DNA of 47,562 nt from an uncultured Phycisphaerae bacterium. GTDB taxonomy: Bacteria; Planctomycetota; Phycisphaerae; Sedimentisphaerales; Anaerobacaceae. Positions 1-8,558 of the stretch are shown here, piece by piece. The number at the start of each line of letters is the position of its first letter. Position 1 is the stretch's first letter. A program made the position numbers and the translations under genes. The stretch lies in contig CBDVBU010000001.1 in the NCBI GenBank assembly GCA_965372295.1, positions 1-47,562 of the forward strand, written 5' to 3'. The notes below the pieces were generated by a model. It was given only the letters and a program-made list of their open reading frames with translations, was not told the origin of the DNA and did no database searches.

Positions 1-1
1 G

Positions 2-196
2 AACTACATATCCAAGGTCGATGATCTTCAACAGTCTTCGGATATGTCAATCAAAGATTTATTGTCCGGCAAGAACGAGGATATAATCTCTGTGGTCTCT
101 GCGGTGGCAAAAGCTGATATGAGTTTCAAGCTTCTTGTGGGCGTAAGAAACAAGCTAATCGAAGCGTACAAACAAACGATGAATATGCCGTTGTAA
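2..196 (+). CDS. fliE: FliE, flagellar hook-basal body complex protein (C-terminal part; 5' end lies outside the window)
   Basis: Frame 2 is open from the window edge to TAA at 194-196 and reads ...SAVAKADMSFKLLVGVRNKLIEAYKQTMNMPL*. This is the conserved FliE C-terminal helix, and it sits directly upstream of fliF. It is absent from the ORF track because it has no in-window start. The listed 28..225(-) ORF is its antisense shadow. Confidence 0.8.
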   Translation, partial: NYISKVDDLQQSSDMSIKDLLSGKNEDIISVVSAVAKADMSFKLLVGVRNKLIEAYKQTMNMPL

Positions 197-266
197 TTGA
201 TTGCAATCCGTTGTTGATTATTCATGCTTTCTCCGGCTGGTAATAATCAATGTTCGAAGGGATTTC

Positions 267-1769
267 ATGGGCTTTGTCCAAAAGATAAGAGCAGTTTGGG
301 AAAAGGTAAGTCTGGTTCAGCGTGCTCTTCTTGTTGCGATTGTTCTGACATTCATAATTGTCAGTGGTTTGCTTGTCCATTGGGCACGCAAGCCTGACAT
401 GAGAATGCTGTACCAGGAACTTGCTCCCGAAGAAGCCGCTCAGATTACAGATAAAATCGGTGAAAAGGGCATTGTTTATGAACTGCGAAACGGCGGAACA
501 AGCATCTACGTTCCAAAAGAAAAGGTCTATCAGCTACGTCTGGATATGGCAAAAGAGGGGCTTCCGGCAGGTGGGCAGGGTGGTTACAAGATATTTGATA
601 ATGAAAAAATCGGCGTCAGCCCATTTGTTCAAGGCGTTAATCTTAAACGGGCGCTACAGGAGGAGCTTGCCAAGAGCATCCAGATGATCGACGGCGTAAA
701 TTACGCCCGGATCCACATAGTAAGCTCGGAACAAACACTTTTTACATCTGACGCTGGGAAAACCACTGCCTCTGTAGTCCTTCGATTAAAACCGGGTTAC
801 AGATTGAGCGCTTTGAATATAGCGGCGATTACACATTTAATATCCGGCAGTGTTGAAGGGCTTACCTCAGAAAATGTAACCGTGATCGATAGCCAGGGCC
901 GCCTACTTTCCAGTGAGTCGGACCAGACTATGGCCGGTGGGGCCGGTACCGTTCAGGATTACAGGGAAAGGGTGGAGCAGAACTTGGAGGACAAGGTTGA
1001 GGAGATGCTCACCGCTGTCCTGGGACCCGGACGGGCAAAAATTAGGATTCATGCTGTCATTGATATGAACAGCGTTAGCACCATAACGGAAAAGTATGAG
1101 CCAAAGGGAGTCGCCGCAAAGGAAGAGATTACGACGAACTTGGACACTGGGGCTAGTACTGCTCAAGCTGCTGGCCAGCCGGCCCTGCTGGGCAGCGTGA
1201 AGAAGGATGAAATAATTCTGACCGAATACCAGATCGGCAAGACTGTTACACAGGAGGTCATTTTACCCGGCGAAATAATATCTCTGTCGGTTGCGGCCGT
1301 TGTTGACTTATCGCCGGCTGATGTGAATGAAGCCCAGGCTGGCGGACAGACTACAACGATAATGGATCCTAATGATGTGGAAAAACTCATTGAAAATGCG
1401 CTCGGTCTGGATCTTACAGGTGCAGACTCGCTTAAAGTCGTTAACGTTAAATTTCAACGTTCGACCGAGATCCTGCTGGACGAAGAGCTATCGGCCGGGC
1501 TTGATTTCGTAGCGATCGCACGCCAGGCTTCGTTGGGGATTATGGCTGTGTGTGCCCTGCTTGTTCTTCGCATGTTCAGAGGAGCAAAGAAAAAAGCGAA
1601 AATGGAAGCCGGGACCGAGCAGCTTCCAGGAAGTGAGGGCGCAACCGGTCTTCTTCCGGGTGGATCGGAGCCGTTAGTATTACGCAGACAGATAGCCAGT
1701 GCTTTGGAGAATAATCCCGAACGTGTCAAACAATTATTTACCAGTTGGATTGAAGAAAAAGGAGGGTAA
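267..1769 (+). CDS. fliF: FliF, flagellar MS-ring protein
   Basis: The N-terminus has a TM helix followed by the YscJ/FliF-type motif (LYQELAPEEAAQITDKIGEKGIVYELRNGGTSIYVPKEKVYQLRLDMAKEGLP). There is a second TM near the C-terminus (LGIMAVCALLVLRMF) and a C-terminal FliG-binding tail. I prefer the ATG at 267 (MGFVQKIR...) over the TTG at 201. Confidence 0.9.
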   Translation: MGFVQKIRAVWEKVSLVQRALLVAIVLTFIIVSGLLVHWARKPDMRMLYQELAPEEAAQITDKIGEKGIVYELRNGGTSIYVPKEKVYQLRLDMAKEGLPAGGQGGYKIFDNEKIGVSPFVQGVNLKRALQEELAKSIQMIDGVNYARIHIVSSEQTLFTSDAGKTTASVVLRLKPGYRLSALNIAAITHLISGSVEGLTSENVTVIDSQGRLLSSESDQTMAGGAGTVQDYRERVEQNLEDKVEEMLTAVLGPGRAKIRIHAVIDMNSVSTITEKYEPKGVAAKEEITTNLDTGASTAQAAGQPALLGSVKKDEIILTEYQIGKTVTQEVILPGEIISLSVAAVVDLSPADVNEAQAGGQTTTIMDPNDVEKLIENALGLDLTGADSLKVVNVKFQRSTEILLDEELSAGLDFVAIARQASLGIMAVCALLVLRMFRGAKKKAKMEAGTEQLPGSEGATGLLPGGSEPLVLRRQIASALENNPERVKQLFTSWIEEKGG

Positions 1770-1773
1770 ATAA

Positions 1774-2787
1774 TTGGCATTAACAGGTAAACAAAAAGCT
1801 GCAATGTTGTTGATGAGCCTGGATGCCGCCACTGCTGCGGAAATGGTAAAGGGTCTCGATGCCGAGGTTGCCCGGGAATTGGCGGTAGAGCTGGCATATC
1901 TGGATAACGCCGATTTTAAAAGCAGCAGGAAGAGCGCCAAAATTGTACGGCAGTTCCACCGTTCGTTGAAGGTAAGGGAAACATTTCAGCTCAACGGTTT
2001 TCTCGACGAAGTGCTAAAAAGTACGGTAGGCCAAGAGAAAGCAGGGCAGATTCAGGCCCAGATACAGGAAGTCTTGTGCAACCGTGATCCTTTCATCTCT
2101 ATTCGTTCCGCTGATCCGCAAACCTTAGCTTTGGTTCTGGCGTATGAGCATCCTCAAACTATTGCAGTAGTCTTATCGGAATTGCCGGCAAAAAAAATGA
2201 TGGAGGTGCTTAACTTTTTGGATGGGGGCGCCAGGGTCAGTGTTGCCGGCAGGATGAGCAGTTGTAAGAAGATGACGGCCGAAGCAAAGGCATTAATTGC
2301 AGAAGCGGTCTGCGAACGTCTTGAAGCTATCACCGCCGGTGGCGCTGATAAGCTTTTGCCGTCCTGGTCCGAACAGTCTTTGAGGAAAATAGCTGTGATT
2401 GTGCGAGACCTCGGTAAAGAGATTCGGGATGGCCTGCTTAGTGCGATACATGGCAAAGACCGCCGGGCCGGTGAAATGGTTGAAGAATTAATGATAATTT
2501 GGGTGGACATACCGCACGTGACGGACAGATCTCTGCAAAAGGTTTTGAGAGGAGTCGATGCAAATAAACTGGCGTTAGCGTTACACGAGGCAGATGAAGC
2601 GATTATACAAAAAATAAGGTCTAATCTCTCTAAGCGAGCCGTTGCCGCTTTAGATGAGGAGGCGTCACTTATATCGGCTCCCGGGAATGAAGATATTGAA
2701 GATGCCAGAGGCCAGATTGTCCGGGTTTTGCGCGAAATGAATGAGAAAGGCGAACTTGTATTCATGAAAAACGGATGTGATGTATGA
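1774..2787 (+). CDS. fliG: FliG paralog 1, rotor/switch protein (TTG start)
   Basis: 337 aa. The N-terminus is MALTGKQKAAMLLMSLD. It carries the EHPQTIAVVLSELP motif and the C-terminal torque-helix signature IRSNLSKRAVAALDEE. It lies immediately after fliF. Confidence 0.85.
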   Translation: MALTGKQKAAMLLMSLDAATAAEMVKGLDAEVARELAVELAYLDNADFKSSRKSAKIVRQFHRSLKVRETFQLNGFLDEVLKSTVGQEKAGQIQAQIQEVLCNRDPFISIRSADPQTLALVLAYEHPQTIAVVLSELPAKKMMEVLNFLDGGARVSVAGRMSSCKKMTAEAKALIAEAVCERLEAITAGGADKLLPSWSEQSLRKIAVIVRDLGKEIRDGLLSAIHGKDRRAGEMVEELMIIWVDIPHVTDRSLQKVLRGVDANKLALALHEADEAIIQKIRSNLSKRAVAALDEEASLISAPGNEDIEDARGQIVRVLREMNEKGELVFMKNGCDV

Positions 2788-2894
2788 CGAAGTCAAGGCC
2801 AATATTCCCATGTATATAGATGAGACGGACGGTCTTGTAATAGAAATTGTAAGAAAGATATTCGTACAGAAGGATTGAAAGAGGGACTAAGTAT

Positions 2895-3890
2895 ATGGCA
2901 TTGTCGGGTAAACAAAAGGCTGCAATGTTACTGATGAGTCTGGATACTTTAACTGCTGTTGAGCTTCTCAAGGGTCTTGATGCCGATGAAATTCAGGAAA
3001 TTGCCATAGAGCTTGCGAGAATCGATGCATCGGAGCAGCGGGATGTTAAAGAACAAGCTAAGGTCGCCCGGGAGTTCTGTAACACACTTCAGAAGGAGCA
3101 AAGCCAGAAATTTAATGTAAAGGCTTTTCTGAACGAAATGCTTGTAAACGTTCTTGATAAAGAGAAGGCCGAGCAAATTCAATCGCAGGTAAAAAAAGCT
3201 ACAGAGCAAAATGACCTGTTTTCGGATATTCGTTTGGCCGGCACGGATGAATTGGTTCTTGCGTTGGAGGGCGAACACCCACAAACGGTCGCAGTGGTGC
3301 TGTCGGAACTGCCTCCGAAGAAAAGCCAGGAGGTTCTGTCACTCTTGAACGAAGAAGCTCGTCTTAAGGCTGTGTGCAAGATGACGAGTCCGGAACTGAT
3401 GGGCAGTGGAGTGAGACAGCGAATGGCATCTACAATTACCAAGCGGCTGAAGAGTTTCAAGGGAGAAACTCTCGTGGAGAAACCGGAGCAGACTTTGCGA
3501 AAATTGGCTCTTGTGCTTAGCGGCCTGGAAAAAGATATGCGAGATCCAATGCTTGCTGAGATCGGCAAAAATGACGAGGAAACGGCCGCTATGGTAAAAC
3601 GTTTGATGATAACGTGGGAAGATATAATGTCGGTAGCGGACAGGTCTTTGCAGGAGGCGCTGCGAAGTGTGGACTCTGGAAAATTAGCTTTGGCGCTTTA
3701 TGGGGCGGATGAAGATGTTGCTCAAAAGATACGCTCGAATATATCAGATCGGGCGGTTTCGATGCTTGATGAAGAAATCTCATTGATGCAGGAGCCGCTG
3801 GAAAAAGAAGTTCTTGATGCGAGAGAAGAAGTCGTCAAACCGCTTCGAGAGGCTAATGAGGAAGGTACACTCAGGGTGACAAGGCAATAG
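2895..3890 (+). CDS. fliG: FliG paralog 2, rotor/switch protein
   Basis: 331 aa. The N-terminus is MALSGKQKAAMLLMSLD. It carries EHPQTVAVVLSELP and the C-terminal IRSNISDRAVSMLDEE signature. It lies between FliG paralog 1 and fliH. Confidence 0.85.
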   Translation: MALSGKQKAAMLLMSLDTLTAVELLKGLDADEIQEIAIELARIDASEQRDVKEQAKVAREFCNTLQKEQSQKFNVKAFLNEMLVNVLDKEKAEQIQSQVKKATEQNDLFSDIRLAGTDELVLALEGEHPQTVAVVLSELPPKKSQEVLSLLNEEARLKAVCKMTSPELMGSGVRQRMASTITKRLKSFKGETLVEKPEQTLRKLALVLSGLEKDMRDPMLAEIGKNDEETAAMVKRLMITWEDIMSVADRSLQEALRSVDSGKLALALYGADEDVAQKIRSNISDRAVSMLDEEISLMQEPLEKEVLDAREEVVKPLREANEEGTLRVTRQ

Positions 3891-3894
3891 CAGA

Positions 3895-4479
3895 ATGTCC
3901 CAGACACTTACAGTACGTTTTGATAAACCGATTATCTCAGCTAAAGTTCTGGATGATTATGCCGGTGGTGTTGGGAGTAAAATGTCCAATCCTGGCCGAG
4001 TTGATTCGGAAGCTAATGCCGAGCAAATTCCAATACAAGATTTAGATGCTCAGAAAGCTGTTTTTTCACAAGCTTGCCAGGCACTCAACGGTGTGATTGC
4101 CAGGCTCAATCAGTTTTGCGACAAATTGTATGTCGAACACAGAGAAGAAATCGCCAGACTTTCGGTCGAAATCGCCAGGAAGATTTTGGTGCAAAAAGTG
4201 GAAAATGGGGACTACGAAATAGAATCCATCATCAAAGAAGCCCTCAAAAATGCACCGAGTAGCCAGGATGTGATAGTGCATTTGAATCCTGAAGATCTTG
4301 AACAATACCAGAAGGCTCAGCGAGACGAGCCGGGTGGTGTTTTAGCCGGCGTTAAATTAATTCCCGATCCCAATATCGGGCGGGCGGAATGTTTACTTGA
4401 AAGCCCGAAAGGGATTATCAAATCGCTGATCGATGACAACCTGGAACGAATCGGCAAAGCACTTGAGAAGGCAAATTGA
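3895..4479 (+). CDS. fliH: FliH, flagellar export ATPase regulator
   Basis: 194 aa, positioned directly upstream of fliI. The central helical segment EEIARLSVEIARKILVQKVENGDYEIESIIKEAL and the C-terminal domain are typical of the FliH/YscL family. Confidence 0.7.
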   Translation: MSQTLTVRFDKPIISAKVLDDYAGGVGSKMSNPGRVDSEANAEQIPIQDLDAQKAVFSQACQALNGVIARLNQFCDKLYVEHREEIARLSVEIARKILVQKVENGDYEIESIIKEALKNAPSSQDVIVHLNPEDLEQYQKAQRDEPGGVLAGVKLIPDPNIGRAECLLESPKGIIKSLIDDNLERIGKALEKAN

Positions 4480-4482
4480 ATT

Positions 4483-5847
4483 ATGGCTACAAGTGAGATT
4501 TTAGACAACAAGATTGATTTTGAGGGATTTCACTCTGCGCTGCGTGATGTAAATCTGCTGGATTGCCAGGGTTTTGTAGTGCGGGTTTCCGGGCAGACGG
4601 TTGAATCTACCGGTCCGGCAATAGGTTTGGGAGAGCTTTGCAGTATCCGGATTCGCGATGGCAGGGGAGTGACGGCTGAGGTGGTGGGATTTCAGAACGA
4701 CCATCTTATTTTGCTGCCGCTGGAGCATATAGAGGGCATATCACCGGGCGATACGGTAACTGCCCGGACCACTCCACGCCATATTACCCTGAGCGATAGT
4801 ATCCTGGGCAGGGTATTAAACGGGCTGGCGGAACCGATAGATAATAAAGGTCCATTGTTAGGGATGGACAAAAAGGCATTGGATGCGAGCAGTCCGGCAC
4901 CTCTAAGTCGAAAGAAGATTACAAACCATTTGGCTCTGGGAATCAGGTCGATAGATGCTGTGCTGACCTGTGGAAAGGGGCAAAGAATAGGGATTTTCTC
5001 AGGCAGCGGAGTGGGTAAGAGCGTTCTGCTTGGCGACATTGCCAATTCGAGCGAGGCGGACGTCAATGTCGTTGCACTGATTGGCGAGCGTGGCAGGGAG
5101 GTTCGAGAATTTCTCGATTCGGATCTTGGTCCGGATGGTCTGGCACGCAGTGTTGTTGTCGTAGCGGCCTCGGATTCTCCTGCGATTCAGCGAGTAAAGG
5201 CGACTTTCGTGGCAGTTACAATTGCCGAATATTTTAGAGACAAGGGGAAAAATGTTTTGTTTATGATGGACTCACTTACTCGCTTTGCCCAGGCTCAGCG
5301 CGAAATAGGTCTTGCTGCGGGTGAGCCTCCGGCCACCAAGGGCTATTGTCCGAGCGTTTTTTCACTGATGCCGAGACTCATCGAGCGTTTAGGCTGTGCC
5401 GAGAGAGGAAGTATAACGGGTATTCTGACGATTCTGGTTGAGAACGATGACCTGGCTGATCCTGTAGCTGATAGCGCAAGGAGTCTGCTGGACGGGCACA
5501 TAGTTCTGTCGAGAAAATTAGCCGAGAGGGGCCATTATCCTGCTGTGGATATTTTACAGAGCATCAGCCGGTTGATGCCCGTGGTGACAAGCAAAGAGCA
5601 CAAACTTGCAGCACAGAAGCTCAGAGAAATATACGCCATTTATACTGATGCCGAAGACTTGGTAAACATCGGGGCGTTTTCGCCGGGCAGCAATCGGCAT
5701 ATTGACGGAGCTTTGGCTTTGATAGACAGGATAAGGGATTTCCTTATTCAACCTGTTCGTGAAAGGACGGATTTTGCAGAAACTGTCGAGCGATTGACTG
5801 TTATTACAAATTCATGGGATGAGCTATTGGGTTCGCGAGCGCAATAA
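4483..5847 (+). CDS. fliI: FliI, flagellum-specific type III export ATPase
   Basis: Walker A is GSGVGKSVLLG and Walker B is VLFMMDSLTR. It has an F1-ATPase-beta-like fold signature and sits in the fliH-fliI-fliJ order. Confidence 0.95.
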   Translation: MATSEILDNKIDFEGFHSALRDVNLLDCQGFVVRVSGQTVESTGPAIGLGELCSIRIRDGRGVTAEVVGFQNDHLILLPLEHIEGISPGDTVTARTTPRHITLSDSILGRVLNGLAEPIDNKGPLLGMDKKALDASSPAPLSRKKITNHLALGIRSIDAVLTCGKGQRIGIFSGSGVGKSVLLGDIANSSEADVNVVALIGERGREVREFLDSDLGPDGLARSVVVVAASDSPAIQRVKATFVAVTIAEYFRDKGKNVLFMMDSLTRFAQAQREIGLAAGEPPATKGYCPSVFSLMPRLIERLGCAERGSITGILTILVENDDLADPVADSARSLLDGHIVLSRKLAERGHYPAVDILQSISRLMPVVTSKEHKLAAQKLREIYAIYTDAEDLVNIGAFSPGSNRHIDGALALIDRIRDFLIQPVRERTDFAETVERLTVITNSWDELLGSRAQ

Positions 5848-5890
5848 CTTTAAGGCGGGCCGGTATTGAGAATGAAAAATTGGGTATTAA

Positions 5891-6355
5891 ATGAAACGTT
5901 TCGTATGGCGGATGCAGCGTGTCCTTGAAATTAAAAAAAAGGAGGAGCAGAAAACCAGGGCAGAACTGTTTGAGCTTACAGAAAGATTGGCGCAGAGGCG
6001 AGGCGAACTGCTCGTACGACAGAAAATGTTAGAGAGTATCATCGACGAATTGACCGAAGGGAATCCGAAAAAGCGATTAGGTGAGCAAGAATTCTTTTTG
6101 AGATATTCAGCCGCCAGTGATGAGCAGATCAGGAAACTCAAAGATAAAATAAATGAGCTGGAATCACAACAAAGAGAGAAAATCGCTGAAGTTATAAAAG
6201 TCAGAAGGTTCAAAGAAGGTTTGGAAAAATTACGAGTTGAAGCAAAGATACAATTTATAAAGGAACAGGAGAAGCTTGAGCAAAAAGAGCTGGATGAGGG
6301 GGCTACAATTTCATTTGTACGAAAATCGCGAAACTGGGAGAAGACCAATGAGTAA
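5891..6355 (+). CDS. fliJ: FliJ, flagellar export chaperone/stalk protein
   Basis: 154 aa, all coiled-coil and highly charged. The N-terminus FVWRMQRVLEIKKKEEQKTRAEL resembles the FliJ family. It lies directly after fliI. Confidence 0.65.
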   Translation: MKRFVWRMQRVLEIKKKEEQKTRAELFELTERLAQRRGELLVRQKMLESIIDELTEGNPKKRLGEQEFFLRYSAASDEQIRKLKDKINELESQQREKIAEVIKVRRFKEGLEKLRVEAKIQFIKEQEKLEQKELDEGATISFVRKSRNWEKTNE

Positions 6356-7082
6356 GAAATTTATAATAATAACAGCGGCGGCGGGATTAGTAAGTTTTGC
6401 CGGAGCGTTCGTCTTTGCGTGGCTTACTCCATCATCCCAGGTAAGCCTTCCCGACGATTTAAAGCAGTCGGCGCTTGCCGGTGACGAATCTGGACAGGGG
6501 CTGCCGCAGACTCGAACCGGTATGGTTGGCACTGTTGCCGCGGCTTCCGGCCCGATGACAAAAGCTATGACAGAGCAACAGCTCAAGAATCTGGTTCTGG
6601 ATGTCCGGGAAAAAATGCAGGAGTATAACAACAGGCTGCTGGCCCTTGGAGTCAGGGAACGAAGATTGCAGTTGACCCAGGATGTGCTAAAGGAGGACAT
6701 CGAGAACCTCAATACCCTGCGAATTGAACTTGCTTCGACCATTGCCAATCTCAAAAGTGAGCGTGACAAGCTGCTTAAAAGCAGGCTTGAGATTGACCGG
6801 ATAGAGAAGACCAATCTGGTATCGATAGCAGCTACCTATGACAAGATGGATGTGACCGGCGCCAGTAAAATTATGACTAATTTGTGTGGAACGCAGGATA
6901 CGAGCGAAATGCAAGCTATCGAGGCCGGCAATGTCAGCAGCAGCTTTGATGATGCGGTCAAGATACTACACTATATGACTGAAAGGACCAAAGCCAAATT
7001 GCTGGCCGAGTTAGCTACTTCCGAGCCGGCGCTGGCGGCAGCTCTGTGTCAGAGATTGAAACAGATAGTTGAGGGGACGTAG
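6348..7082 (+). CDS. MotE/YlxF-like flagellar protein (TM anchor, coiled coil, MgtE_N-like C-terminus)
   Basis: I prefer the start at 6348 (MSKKFIIITAAAGLVSFAGAFVFAWL), which overlaps the fliJ stop. It has an N-terminal TM and a central coiled coil. The C-terminal repeats (IAATYDKMDVTGASKIMTNL ... AVKILHYMTERTKAKLLAELATSEPALAAALCQRL) resemble the MgtE-N/MotE/Bacillus YlxF family found after fliJ. Confidence 0.5.
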   Translation: MSKKFIIITAAAGLVSFAGAFVFAWLTPSSQVSLPDDLKQSALAGDESGQGLPQTRTGMVGTVAAASGPMTKAMTEQQLKNLVLDVREKMQEYNNRLLALGVRERRLQLTQDVLKEDIENLNTLRIELASTIANLKSERDKLLKSRLEIDRIEKTNLVSIAATYDKMDVTGASKIMTNLCGTQDTSEMQAIEAGNVSSSFDDAVKILHYMTERTKAKLLAELATSEPALAAALCQRLKQIVEGT

Positions 7083-7086
7083 TCCT

Positions 7087-7857
7087 ATGGACATTGCGAC
7101 TATAGTAGGTGTTGTTCTTGGCTTCATTGTTATTGTCGGTGCCATTGTTGTTGGCGGCGGATGGCAGTCATTTGTGCACATTCCTTCGTTGGCAATCACT
7201 ATGGGTGGGATGTTATGTGCTACTCTCATACATTTTTCTCTGCCCCAGTTTCTGGGAATATTCTCAGTGGTCAAAAAAACGATTGTAACCAAGATTCCGT
7301 CAACGTCTGAACTGATACAAAATATGGTAAATTTTGCCGCTATCAACAGACGTGACGGGGCATTGGCCCTGGAGCAGGAGATTCCCAAGATAAGCGATTT
7401 GTTTTTTGTTAAGGGTATGCAGATGCTTGTGGACGGACAGGAATCCGACTCAATAAGGGACCTGTTGTCTCTGGAGATCGAAAACCTTCGAGACCGCCAT
7501 TCGACGGGTAAGAAGATTCTGGAATTTATGGGTGCGGCGGCCCCTGCTTTCGGGATGGTCGGCACTCTCATCGGGTTGGTCCAGATGCTCAAAAACCTGT
7601 CCTCGCCGGACCAGATTGGTGCCGGGATGGCGGTCGCTTTGCTCACCACCTTTTACGGAGCATTTTCTGCTAATTTGATTTTTATCCCATTGGCGGGCAA
7701 ACTGGGGATTTACTCCAAAGCAGAGGCAATCTCGATGGAAATGATTGTAGAAGGTGTTTGTGCTATTGCGCAAGGTGATAATCCGACTACCATTCGGGAA
7801 AAAATGCAGGCATTTATCTCACAGAGCAGGCGAGAAGAAGTCAAGGCAAATATATAA
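7087..7857 (+). CDS. motA: MotA/PomA-type flagellar stator protein
   Basis: It has four predicted TM segments and the C-terminal MotA/TolQ/ExbB signature (AAPAFGMVGTLIGLVQML ... ALLTTFYGAFSANLIFIPLAGKL). I prefer the ATG at 7087 (MDIATIVGVVLGF). Its stop overlaps the next start (TAATG). Confidence 0.85.
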   Translation: MDIATIVGVVLGFIVIVGAIVVGGGWQSFVHIPSLAITMGGMLCATLIHFSLPQFLGIFSVVKKTIVTKIPSTSELIQNMVNFAAINRRDGALALEQEIPKISDLFFVKGMQMLVDGQESDSIRDLLSLEIENLRDRHSTGKKILEFMGAAAPAFGMVGTLIGLVQMLKNLSSPDQIGAGMAVALLTTFYGAFSANLIFIPLAGKLGIYSKAEAISMEMIVEGVCAIAQGDNPTTIREKMQAFISQSRREEVKANI

Positions 7858-8558
7858 TGGCGCGTGCGAAGAAACAGGCGGAATCCGATGATGCCCCGGG
7901 CGCACCGGAATGGATGGTTACTTTCAGCGATTGTATGACGCTGTTGTTAACGTTCTTTGTACTTCTCTTGAGTTTTTCATCTTTTGACAACAGGGTATTT
8001 CGGAGCTTGAAGGTAGGTTACTCAACAGCTCTAACCACTATCAGTCCGGTGCGCAGAAGCGATAGAGATGCGCTTTTGTATCTGCCCCCGGTAAGATATG
8101 TAGCTGATCTTAGAAAAGGCAGTGAGAAGCCCACTTCAGATCAAGAATTGCAAGACGGCTTGATGAAAGAAACAGGACTTTTGGATCTCCAGGGTGGTAT
8201 GGCATTTCTGATCTCATCGAAGGAGCTTTTTTGGGGCAAAGGAACAGCTTTTTCACCTGGCGGTCGTCATATTATGGATACTATGGCTTCGTTCTTAAGG
8301 GGAGTACCCGGCCGGATAGTCGTTAGTGAAAACGGACTCATAGACGATATGAGTAGTGAATACTTTGGTCTGCCACGAGCATGGGTAGTCTTGGAGTATC
8401 TCACAACACAACAAAACCTTGATTGGGAGCGTTTCAGCATCTCGGCAGCAAGCATCCTGGCTCAAGAGAGCTTTACAGGCAGTGAGCCGGGCATGGGGCG
8501 CCCGGAATCTGAACGCAGCGTTGAAATAGTCTTGTTAGAACGGAGCGTCTACAATTGA
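7857..8558 (+). CDS. MotB-like stator protein 1 (degenerate OmpA-like C-terminus)
   Basis: The N-terminal plug/TM has the invariant channel Asp (PEWMVTFSDCMTLLLTFFVLLLSF). The C-terminal domain is OmpA-like in length, but the peptidoglycan-binding core reads EYFGLPRAWVVLEYL instead of the canonical N-x-x-L-S-x-x-R-A. Confidence 0.7.
   Translation: MARAKKQAESDDAPGAPEWMVTFSDCMTLLLTFFVLLLSFSSFDNRVFRSLKVGYSTALTTISPVRRSDRDALLYLPPVRYVADLRKGSEKPTSDQELQDGLMKETGLLDLQGGMAFLISSKELFWGKGTAFSPGGRHIMDTMASFLRGVPGRIVVSENGLIDDMSSEYFGLPRAWVVLEYLTTQQNLDWERFSISAASILAQESFTGSEPGMGRPESERSVEIVLLERSVYN

Noticed and set aside
1454-1897. Long antisense or off-frame ORFs throughout the track. Examples are 1454..1897(-), 2154..2765(-), 6311..6814(-), 7011..7649(-), 12046..12468(-), 15419..15895(+), 27281..27772(+), 41904..42482(-) and 43608..44051(-).
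   Set aside because: Each lies wholly inside, or opposite, a confidently recognised flagellar gene. Their translations are low-complexity and rich in Ser, Arg, Cys and Pro, with no recognisable motifs. They are shadow ORFs.
4817-4840. A sigma28-like string TAAA...CCGATAG inside fliI.
   Set aside because: The spacer is about 3 nt too short, it lies in the middle of a coding sequence, and no gene start follows.
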